Of a DNA stretch of 62,980 bases, positions 8,423 through 16,121 are shown one piece after another. Each line of letters opens with the position of its first letter. Position 1 is the first letter of the stretch. The notes under the pieces were generated by a model. That model was given only the letters and a program-made list of their open reading frames with translations, had not been told where the DNA came from and ran no database searches. The position numbers and the translations under genes are program-made. Source of the stretch: a virus (lineage: Duplodnaviria; Caudoviricetes); IMG/VR virus record IMGVR_UViG_3300025030_000105, positions 1 to 62,980 of that record; one strand, 5' to 3'.

Positions 8423-10614
8423 CCTTAGTACGTACCGTACTTGATTTCGAGTCGGCATACGGAAAACACCCCGTCACCCAAGAGAACATCACCTTGTCTA
8501 AGATGACCTGCGAGGAGTACGTCCGGCATCCGAAGTTCAAAGCCCACGGTCTCGGGGTCAAGATCGGTAAGGAGAAAGCCTTCTACCTCTACAAGCCCGT
8601 CGACCTCGCGGCCTTCCTGAAGGAGCACCCGTGGGCGAAGTCCTACGTGATCTGCCACAATACCGCCTTTGATGGAGCCATCCTCTCCTGGCGGTGCGGG
8701 ATAAAGCCCGCGTTTTGGGGCTGTACGCTCTCCATGGCGAGGGCCATCTTCCCACACGAGTCTTCCAGCCTCGCCAACATCGCGAAGCTCCTGGGCGTCG
8801 GAGAGAAGGGCACCGAGCTTGTTCACTTCCAGGGGAAGTGGTCGCTGACGGACGACGAGCAAAGGATCATGGGCGGGTACTGCATGAACGATGTCGAACT
8901 TACCTCCGACATTTTCGACGCTTTGAAAGGACATTTTCCTCCTTCGGAGCTGAGATTGATTGACCTTACAGTTCGTCTCTTTACTGAGCCTGCGCTTGTG
9001 GTAGAGCGCGGTGTGCTCATCGACGAGTACAAGCGGGAGCGGCGCAGCAAGCGGGCATTGCTCAAGGCGTGCAACACGGATAAGACCGTCCTCGCCTCCG
9101 GTGACAAGTTCGCGGAGTTGCTGCTCGCGCTCGGGGTAGATCCGCCGAAGAAACTCAGTCCATCTAAGGTTAAAGACGGCAGGGTGGACCCGGACAGTGC
9201 AGGCGAAGCCCCGAGTGGGATACTCCCATCCTTTAAGCTCCCGGTGGGCGCCGGGCTATTTCTTTCGAAGGACGAGATGATCTCAGAGCGGGTGAGGCTG
9301 AAAGCCGAGAAGGATGTCTACCCATGGGCCTACGCTTTCGGCAAAAGCGACGAAGCGTTCAAGATGCTGCTCGACCACCCGGACCCGCAGGTTCAGGCAG
9401 TAGTTGGGGCCCGCCTCGGGGTAAAGTCTACGATCAAAGAGACCAGGAGCAAGCGGTTTTATAAGATCGGCAAGCGCGGACGGTTCCCGGTGTATCACAA
9501 CTACTACGGTGCGAGGACGGGCCGAGACAGTGGTGGGGACAAGCAGAACACAACTAACCTAAATCGTGTGAACCCAAAAGACCCAACGTCCGGCGCCCTC
9601 CGGCGCTCACTGCACGCTATTCCCGGCCACACCTTAGTGGTTCGCGACCTTGGGCAGATCGAGGCGCGGAAACTCGCCTATACGGCAGGACAAGAAGACC
9701 TCCTAGAGTTGTTTCGCACCGGCGGAGACCCATACAACCGGCAGGCGTCGAAGATCTTCGGATATGAAGTAGACAGGAAAAGCGAGGCGCACTGGTTGGA
9801 AGGACTAGTAGGAAAATCAAGTACTTTGGGCAACGGCTACGGCATGGGCTGGGGGAAATTCCAAGAGTCCCTTCGCGTGGGGTTCATGGGTGCTCCTCCG
9901 CTTCTCTTCGACCGGGTTGCTGCAGAGAAACTCGGGGCGGATATTGACGTGTTCTCCAACCAGCGAAGTTACAAAAAAGGTTGTGCGTTTCTGCGTGACG
10001 AGGCCCTTGCTCTGAAGCCGCTGAACGTAAGCGAGGAGGCGCATCTCTGGCACTGCGCAGCGGTCAAGCAGATCGTCGATAAGTACCGGGAGAGTAACGG
10101 AGCCATCGTCGCGTTCTGGAAAGAAGCGGGACAGGCGCTCCATGCGATAGAGCAGGGCGAAGAAATCTCAGTAGGCAAGCGCGGAATGGTGACAACCTGC
10201 AAGGAGGGTTTTCGGTTGCCGAACGGCATGAAGATACGGTACCATAAACTGCGGAGCAACGAGAGCGGAGAGTTCCGGTATCTTTCTAATTTCCGGAAAA
10301 AGGAATGGTCGTACATCTACGGTGGCAAGGCCGTTGAAAATATCATCCAGGCGCTCGCCAGGATCGTGCTGACCGACCAGATGCTGAATATCGACAGGTG
10401 GCTCAAAGCGCAGAGGTTACGGGACAGGAAAGGAACATACCAGATTGTTACTTCGACATACGACGAGGTCGTAGCCTGCGTCCCGCTGTACCGGGCCGAA
10501 GAGTGCCTGGAGATGATGAAAGTCGAGATGGCAACCGCGCCGACGTGGTGCGCCGACCTGCCGCTGAAGTCGAGTGGAGGATATGCTGTCTCCTACGGAG
10601 ATGTTGATAAATAA
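8419..10614 (+). CDS. polA: Family A DNA polymerase with 3'-5' exonuclease domain
   Basis: ExoI LDFES, ExoII HNTAFD, ExoIII YCMND; motif A DLGQIEAR; motif B K.STLGNGYG; ENIIQ; motif C YDE. Confidence 0.92.
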   Translation: MTLVRTVLDFESAYGKHPVTQENITLSKMTCEEYVRHPKFKAHGLGVKIGKEKAFYLYKPVDLAAFLKEHPWAKSYVICHNTAFDGAILSWRCGIKPAFWGCTLSMARAIFPHESSSLANIAKLLGVGEKGTELVHFQGKWSLTDDEQRIMGGYCMNDVELTSDIFDALKGHFPPSELRLIDLTVRLFTEPALVVERGVLIDEYKRERRSKRALLKACNTDKTVLASGDKFAELLLALGVDPPKKLSPSKVKDGRVDPDSAGEAPSGILPSFKLPVGAGLFLSKDEMISERVRLKAEKDVYPWAYAFGKSDEAFKMLLDHPDPQVQAVVGARLGVKSTIKETRSKRFYKIGKRGRFPVYHNYYGARTGRDSGGDKQNTTNLNRVNPKDPTSGALRRSLHAIPGHTLVVRDLGQIEARKLAYTAGQEDLLELFRTGGDPYNRQASKIFGYEVDRKSEAHWLEGLVGKSSTLGNGYGMGWGKFQESLRVGFMGAPPLLFDRVAAEKLGADIDVFSNQRSYKKGCAFLRDEALALKPLNVSEEAHLWHCAAVKQIVDKYRESNGAIVAFWKEAGQALHAIEQGEEISVGKRGMVTTCKEGFRLPNGMKIRYHKLRSNESGEFRYLSNFRKKEWSYIYGGKAVENIIQALARIVLTDQMLNIDRWLKAQRLRDRKGTYQIVTSTYDEVVACVPLYRAEECLEMMKVEMATAPTWCADLPLKSSGGYAVSYGDVDK

Positions 10615-10617
10615 CCC

Positions 10618-10646
10618 TTGACTCTTAATGTCAATCAGGTTACAAT
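10618..10646 (+). promoter_or_regulatory. sigma70-type promoter (twin of 18372)
   Basis: TTGACT-17 bp-TACAAT; contains TTGAC-N7-GTCAA. Confidence 0.8.
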
Positions 10647-10655
10647 TAGACAATG

Positions 10656-10749
10656 AGAAGTGAGGCGAGGAGTCGGCAACCTTCAGGGAAACCTGAGTAG
10701 ATCCCATAATGACCACCCGCTCGTCAGGGAGTCGGCCTCGCTTCTTTTT
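10656..10749 (+). ncRNA. Candidate structured non-coding RNA or leader
   Basis: 11-bp closing stem (10656-10666/10735-10745), GAAA-tetraloop hairpin, second internal hairpin, followed by a T-run. Confidence 0.45.
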
Positions 10750-10752
10750 AAA

Positions 10753-10829
10753 CTGCGCGTAGCTCAGTCTGGTAGAGTACCTGGCTTGGACCCAGGGAGT
10801 CGCGTGTTCGAATCACGCCACGCAGACCA
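10753..10829 (+). tRNA. tRNA-Pro(TGG)
   Basis: Cloverleaf with D arm GCTC/GAGT, anticodon stem CCTGG/CCAGG and loop CT-TGG-AC, TTCGAAT T loop, encoded CCA. Confidence 0.96.
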
Positions 10830-10853
10830 TTAAAATTACATAAGGAGAGCAAC

Positions 10854-12047
10854 ATGAAACAGATCATTGCTACCGACCGAGTACCTATTAAGTTGTGGCT
10901 TACTGACATCGAAGCAGGGGCACTTGCGCAGGCTAGAAACCTCGCAAACCTTCCATTCGTCTTCAAGCACATTGCTATTATGCCGGACGCTCACCAAGGC
11001 TACGGGATGCCCATAGGTGGCGTAATGGCGACCCAAGACGTCGTCGTTCCGAACGCTGTTGGCGTGGATATTGGTTGCGGAATGTGCGCCGTGAGGACCT
11101 CGCTCACTGATCTTGATCAAGAGGCGCTGCGTCGGATTATGGGAGGGTCGAATGAGTGTAAAGGAGGTATTAGGGGCAAGGTTCCTGTAGGGTTCGGGCA
11201 TCACTCAAAGAGGCAAAGCGAGGGTATTATGCCTGATATAGATTTCATGACTGACGACCTGCCTATCGTAAAACGAGAATATTTTTCCGCGCTGAAACAG
11301 ATAGGAACTCTTGGTGGCGGTAATCATTTCATTGAGATCCAAAAAGGTAGTGACGGTTTTATCTGGGTAATGATTCACTCCGGCAGCCGCAATATCGGCT
11401 ACCAGGTCGCGAAGTACTACAACAATCTGGCGATTTCGCTGAACGAGAAATGGCACTGCGCAGTACCCGCAACTTGGCAGCTTGCGTTCTTTCCTCTTGA
11501 CTCTGCTGAAGGTCAGAGCTACCTCACCGAGATGCAATACTGTGTAGACTTCGCCCTTGCAAGTCGGGAACTCATGATGAGCAACACACTCCTCAGCATT
11601 TCTGAAGTTGTTGGGGAACAGTTTTCATGCGACGACCCGATTAACATCGCGCATAACTACGCAGCTATGGAGCACCACTTTGGCAAGAATGTAATGATCC
11701 ATCGCAAGGGAGCGACGAAGGCAATGACCGGTCAGTTAGGGATTATTCCTGGAAGCCAAGGCACAGCCAGTTATATCGTGAAGGGAAAGGGCAATGCTGA
11801 GAGCTTCTTTTCATGCTCCCACGGAGCAGGGCGCCGAATGGGTCGAGGGCAGGCGCAGCGGGAGTTGTCACTCGACGGCGAGAAAGAAAAACTTGACACC
11901 ATTGGAGTAATTCACAGCGTTCGGAATACCTCCGATCTTGACGAAGCGCCAGGAGCGTACAAGGATATTTCAGAAGTGATGAAGAACCAAGAGGACCTGG
12001 TCGAGGTAGTTGTCGAGCTTCGTCCGTTGGCGGTTATTAAGGGCTGA
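10854..12047 (+). CDS. rtcB: RtcB family RNA ligase
   Basis: MPDAHQGYG, VGVDIGCG, GTLGGGNHFIE, HSGSR, HNY, HRKGA, IPGS, SHGAGR, DEAPGAYK. Confidence 0.96.
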   Translation: MKQIIATDRVPIKLWLTDIEAGALAQARNLANLPFVFKHIAIMPDAHQGYGMPIGGVMATQDVVVPNAVGVDIGCGMCAVRTSLTDLDQEALRRIMGGSNECKGGIRGKVPVGFGHHSKRQSEGIMPDIDFMTDDLPIVKREYFSALKQIGTLGGGNHFIEIQKGSDGFIWVMIHSGSRNIGYQVAKYYNNLAISLNEKWHCAVPATWQLAFFPLDSAEGQSYLTEMQYCVDFALASRELMMSNTLLSISEVVGEQFSCDDPINIAHNYAAMEHHFGKNVMIHRKGATKAMTGQLGIIPGSQGTASYIVKGKGNAESFFSCSHGAGRRMGRGQAQRELSLDGEKEKLDTIGVIHSVRNTSDLDEAPGAYKDISEVMKNQEDLVEVVVELRPLAVIKG

Positions 12048-12128
12048 AAAATTTACCGGGAACGCCTATCTGCTGACGGATAAGTCGGCACGAGCGCACC
12101 CTCTCGGTTTTTACTTAAGGAGGACACA

Positions 12129-12320
12129 ATGATTCAATACTTTACTCTGCCTGTAGCCGTACTGCTTTTGGGGTGGTCCATCTATACTGGGACAATTAAG
12201 GTCAAGAATGCTGACAGCTTACCAGCCAAGATTGACCTCCACAGTCGAGCGAGTATTATCGCCCTTGCTGCCGCAGTGGTGAGTACGGCAGGGCTTCTGA
12301 TTGACGGACTTCTAAGATAA
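12129..12320 (+). CDS. Small two-TM membrane protein
   Basis: AAGGAGG SD; two hydrophobic segments. Confidence 0.65.
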   Translation: MIQYFTLPVAVLLLGWSIYTGTIKVKNADSLPAKIDLHSRASIIALAAAVVSTAGLLIDGLLR

Positions 12321-12374
12321 AAGGAGGACACATGTGAAGATGTGTAATCGATATGGAAACGTAGTGAGGATAAA

Positions 12375-13070
12375 ATGATCCCGACAAACGCCAAAGGTAA
12401 GGGGTTCTACTGGTCTCCGTCAGCCATCAATGACTTCATCACTTGCCCAGCGCAGTACGGGGCAAAAAGTTTTTACTGCACCAGCCCTTACGTCGAGACC
12501 GAGGCAGCGCTGGCCGGCAAGGTAGAGCACAAGCACTTGGAGAACCGCCTTTCAGGCGGGACCCCGCTCCCAGAGGGCTACACCAGAGGAGAAAAATATT
12601 GTAGGGTGATCGAAGCATGTGCCTCCGGAGGACAAATCTTTACCGAGAAGCAGTTAGCCCTTAACAGGGACATGAAGTTCGTCAAGTGGTTCGCAAAGGA
12701 CGCATACGGGCGATGCCAAATCGATGTCCTCGCCCTGAAAGGGAAGAACTGCTTCGTCGGAGATTGGAAGTCGGGCAACATCAGGGAGAACAGTCTTCAA
12801 CTGAAGATAAACGCGTGCTTCGTCTCCCTGCTCCATCCTGAGTTGGAGCAATTCAACCTGCGGTACATCTGGCTGAAGCACGACGCAGCGACAGGCGAAG
12901 TCTTTAAGAAGGCTCAGATCCCTGAGTTGTGGGAGGAAATCTTCGGGTGGATCAGGAGGATGGAAGATGCGTGGTCACGCGAAGCGTTTCCTCCCCGCCC
13001 AAGCGGACTCTGTAAGGCATGGTGTGATTGTAAAGGATGTCAACATAACGGGAAAGGAGGAAGGAGATGA
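12375..13070 (+). CDS. PD-(D/E)XK / Cas4-like exonuclease
   Basis: SPS...CP, ID...DWKSG...QL, C-terminal CxxWC...C cluster. Confidence 0.85.
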   Translation: MIPTNAKGKGFYWSPSAINDFITCPAQYGAKSFYCTSPYVETEAALAGKVEHKHLENRLSGGTPLPEGYTRGEKYCRVIEACASGGQIFTEKQLALNRDMKFVKWFAKDAYGRCQIDVLALKGKNCFVGDWKSGNIRENSLQLKINACFVSLLHPELEQFNLRYIWLKHDAATGEVFKKAQIPELWEEIFGWIRRMEDAWSREAFPPRPSGLCKAWCDCKGCQHNGKGGRR

Positions 13071-13339
13071 AAATAGTTATAAACAGATGTTACGGCGGCT
13101 TCGGCCTTTCTGAGAAGGCGTATGAACTTCTCGGCGTCCCTTGGGACGGCTTCGGCCACGCTTCCGGCGTTGCCAGGAACGACCCTCATCTAGTGAGCGT
13201 AGTCGAACAACTAGGCGACGACGCGAACGGACGATACGCAGAACTCGCGGTAGTCGAAATCCCAGACGACGTAGAGTGGCATATTGAAGACTACGATGGG
13301 ATGGAAAGTATTCACGAAAACCACGAATCGTGGGGGTGA
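13067..13339 (+). CDS. Conserved phage protein of unknown function
   Basis: KIVINRCYGGFGLS...R.DP.LV.VVE.LG...EDYDG.E. Confidence 0.75.
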   Translation: MKIVINRCYGGFGLSEKAYELLGVPWDGFGHASGVARNDPHLVSVVEQLGDDANGRYAELAVVEIPDDVEWHIEDYDGMESIHENHESWG

Positions 13340-13343
13340 GAGT

Positions 13344-13478
13344 ATGAACCAAGACCAATTTGACCGGGCGCAGGAAAAATATGATGCGCAAGTACCTGAG
13401 ATCGAGGAACCGAACGACGAAGAGTTTTCGGATGACGATTATCTCTACGAGATCGACTATGAGGAGGATTACGAATGA
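13344..13478 (+). CDS. Very acidic 44-aa peptide
   Basis: MNQDQFDRAQ...EEFSDDDYLYEIDYEEDYE; ATGA overlap with the next gene. Confidence 0.55.
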   Translation: MNQDQFDRAQEKYDAQVPEIEEPNDEEFSDDDYLYEIDYEEDYE

Positions 13479-14002
13479 CTACTGAGATCATGCTCGATCT
13501 TGAGACCATGGGCACCGGCCCAGACGCCGCGATCATTGCCATCGCAGCGGTCGAGTTCGACCTCGAAACAAATCAGTTAGGCCGAGAGTTCTACGAAGTA
13601 GTAGACCTTGAGTCCGCCATGCGGACCGGCGGTACGGTAGATGCTTCGACCATTATCTGGTGGATGAAACAAAGTAACGAGGCGAGAGGTGAGTTTGAGC
13701 GGGGAGGCACGCACATCGAAGATGTGCTCCTCCTCTTGACCGACTGGATACGTCGAGGGGAAGGAGACTTCCACATCTGGGGCAACGGCTCCGACTTCGA
13801 CAACGTGATCCTGCGTTCCGCGTACACGCGGCTCGGCCTGCGGGCACCTTGGTCGCATAAACAGAATAGGTGCTTTCGCACTGTTCGGAATTTATTTCCG
13901 CCGGTCGAGATAGCCGTCGAAGACGGGGTAAAGCATAACGCTTTGGCTGACGCCAAGTATCAGGCGAGGTATCTCTGCGAGATATTGAGGAGGAAGCAAT
14001 GA
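13475..14002 (+). CDS. DEDD 3'-5' exonuclease (Rv2179c/ExoVIII N-domain-like)
   Basis: MLDLETMG, WGNGSDFD, HNALADA. Confidence 0.88.
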   Translation: MTTEIMLDLETMGTGPDAAIIAIAAVEFDLETNQLGREFYEVVDLESAMRTGGTVDASTIIWWMKQSNEARGEFERGGTHIEDVLLLLTDWIRRGEGDFHIWGNGSDFDNVILRSAYTRLGLRAPWSHKQNRCFRTVRNLFPPVEIAVEDGVKHNALADAKYQARYLCEILRRKQ

Positions 14003-14244
14003 CCATAATCCCAATGCCGAGAGGCATAAAAATCTACAACGCCAGTACAGAACCCTGCGACACAGCGGTGGGACCTTGCTGCTGTGGAGCCTGGCATGAC
14101 CTAAGTGATATGCCTGAAGAAGTGCGAAAAGCACTTGCTTGTGCCGCCTGCGGCCAGCCGGCCACGCCGGACGACGGCCTCTGCACCGAGTGCGCGGAGA
14201 AACTTGACAAGCTGGCTTGTTCATTCGAGGGGAGGGAAGGATGA
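13999..14244 (+). CDS. Cys-rich small protein
   Basis: CD..VGPCCCGAWH plus CxxC...CxxC; coupled to the radical SAM gene. Confidence 0.65.
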   Translation: MTIIPMPRGIKIYNASTEPCDTAVGPCCCGAWHDLSDMPEEVRKALACAACGQPATPDDGLCTECAEKLDKLACSFEGREG

Positions 14245-15173
14245 GAAATTCATTATATTGGGACGACTTCACCAGGAGGGCGGAAGAGACAATTGCTCAT
14301 GTAAAGGCAGGTACTGCGCCACCTGTCCGACGAGCCGCGGTCTTCGTTACGGATCGTTGCAACTTTAAGTGTGCGTATTGTAATCACTGTGTTACCGGCA
14401 GTACAATGTCGCAGGAGATGTTCGAGCACATACTTGCTAAGTACGGAGATTCTGCTATAATTCACATCACAGGCGGCGAGCCCTCAGTAGTGCCTTGGCT
14501 GTACCCATTCCTGCGAGAACAAGGGCACCGATATCGTTTTCACTTGAACACAAATGCATTCATCGTGCCTCCAGCGGAGGCGGTGCAGCGATTGAAGGTA
14601 TCGCTTGATTCTAACGATGCTAAGTATTGGAATTGTTTAGTTGGGCGGGATAATGCTTTCGCTATCGTCCTCAATAATCTCAAAAGGGCTTCTGAGAAAA
14701 CTGTAGCGTCAGTTACATACACTGTGACGCGAGAGAATTTCAATAACGCTGTAGCTTTTGCGAAGTTCATTTTTACTGAGGCGCCAAACTTGTACGCTGT
14801 CTTCTTCTCCATTTACAAAGGGACCGACGCAAGGTACTCTATGCAGCAGAACGATGTGGATGTATTCTTCGGCGAAACTATCCCTCATCTGTATGAAATT
14901 CTCCCTGATGAATCGGCAGCGCTACTCCGCGAGACGGTAGATGAGAAGCGTCGGCTTATACAAGGTGTGAGATTTGAGCAGGCCGCTGGTCCATGCTACC
15001 TATCGATGTCCGAACGGGTGTTTTCTCCAACCGGAGAAGAGTTCACATGCTCTCACTTATATCGCGACAAGATCTACATGACCGCGCCAGTAAAATGCGA
15101 CCGGTGCAAATACGGGTGTAACCAGAGGTTGGTGCAGTTCAATGATCTCGTTGCCAGGAGGTTGAGAAGATGA
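14241..15173 (+). CDS. Radical SAM enzyme with Cys-rich C-terminal extension
   Basis: CNFKCAYC, TGGEP, TN, VSLD motifs; C-terminal C...G....C...CxxCxxxC. Confidence 0.88.
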   Translation: MRNSLYWDDFTRRAEETIAHVKAGTAPPVRRAAVFVTDRCNFKCAYCNHCVTGSTMSQEMFEHILAKYGDSAIIHITGGEPSVVPWLYPFLREQGHRYRFHLNTNAFIVPPAEAVQRLKVSLDSNDAKYWNCLVGRDNAFAIVLNNLKRASEKTVASVTYTVTRENFNNAVAFAKFIFTEAPNLYAVFFSIYKGTDARYSMQQNDVDVFFGETIPHLYEILPDESAALLRETVDEKRRLIQGVRFEQAAGPCYLSMSERVFSPTGEEFTCSHLYRDKIYMTAPVKCDRCKYGCNQRLVQFNDLVARRLRR

Positions 15174-15361
15174 AAAACCAGAAACTTCAGGAGTACCGGA
15201 CGATGGTGAACGATTGCGAAGACCGAGAGTCTCTACTCTCTGAGTGGGAGACGACCTTTATCGAGTCAGTTGGTGAGCAGATCGCTGAGAAAGAGTTCAT
15301 AACAATAAAGCAGGTCGCGATTCTTGAGCGGATCTGGGAAAAAGTTACGGAGGCGGGATGA
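15170..15361 (+). CDS. Hypothetical protein
   Basis: LSEWE..FIES...KQ...L.RIW; coupled overlaps. Confidence 0.7.
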   Translation: MKNQKLQEYRTMVNDCEDRESLLSEWETTFIESVGEQIAEKEFITIKQVAILERIWEKVTEAG

Positions 15362-15717
15362 GCACACCAGAGGGAGAGATTAAAAAAATCACGAAGCTCC
15401 TGCTCGCCAAGTACAAAATCTATAACGCCAAGGACGCGGGGTCCGGGCCGAACGGGCGAGGTCTTCCACTCGATGCAAAAGGGTGGTATTGGATGCCCAT
15501 CAAAGGTGCTTCGTTCGGCGTTCGTGGCATTCCCGACTTCGAAGGGCACTACCAGGGCAGGTATTTCGGGATCGAGACAAAGAGGAAAACAAAGAAGGCT
15601 GAAGGCTTCCAGGCCCTTCAGGTGGACGCTATTCGCTGTTCCGGGGGCGCGGTCTTCGTCGTAGACGGAAGTGAAACTCTGAGCCTCTTCGAGGCTTGGT
15701 TGAAGGAGAACAAATGA
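15358..15717 (+). CDS. VRR-NUC / Holliday-junction-resolvase-like nuclease
   Basis: PEG.IK, GIPD, IETK, Q...I...GG..FVV. Confidence 0.85.
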   Translation: MSTPEGEIKKITKLLLAKYKIYNAKDAGSGPNGRGLPLDAKGWYWMPIKGASFGVRGIPDFEGHYQGRYFGIETKRKTKKAEGFQALQVDAIRCSGGAVFVVDGSETLSLFEAWLKENK

Positions 15718-16121
15718 AACTGAAATACGACCACCTGTTAACACCAGATTTAATCTGGAACATTGAGCAGAACAAGCCAAGCCTTGTGGTCAAGGACCTC
15801 CAAGAGTTCGGAGTGCCCGCTGAAGTAACGCACGGCGTCCTTCTCGCCAGAGGCGTGTATAAGTGGCTTGCCGTTCGGCGGAAGCTTATCAAGCTGAAGA
15901 ACGTTTGGAAGGGTCGTATCCGCGAGACCCTTGTGGGCATGGCTTCCGCTAAAGCGGAGAAGAAGCAATACCAAATAACGTACCTTCGAGGTTATCTTCG
16001 TGCTTACGAGGAGTGCCGGGGCGAGGTTCGAGCGTTATGCCATTCTCCAAGATGGCAGGCTCCGGACTTTGACAAGGGCGCGAGGAAGTTTTTGGAGGAC
16101 AAGTGTCCGACGTTCGAGTAA
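15714..16121 (+). CDS. Hypothetical protein
   Basis: AAGGAG SD; ATGA overlap. Confidence 0.65.
   Translation: MKLKYDHLLTPDLIWNIEQNKPSLVVKDLQEFGVPAEVTHGVLLARGVYKWLAVRRKLIKLKNVWKGRIRETLVGMASAKAEKKQYQITYLRGYLRAYEECRGEVRALCHSPRWQAPDFDKGARKFLEDKCPTFE

Noticed and set aside
10830-10853. tRNA-associated theta/HDV-like ribozyme
   Set aside because: Only 24 nt separate the CCA from the rtcB start
12375-13070. Cas4 as part of a CRISPR-Cas locus
   Set aside because: No other cas genes or array; such exonucleases are common in phage replication modules
14241-15173. Viperin or QueE (7-deazaguanine pathway)
   Set aside because: Lacks the viperin-type N.H/FCF context and has a Cys-rich tail; no queC, queD, folE or dpdA in the window
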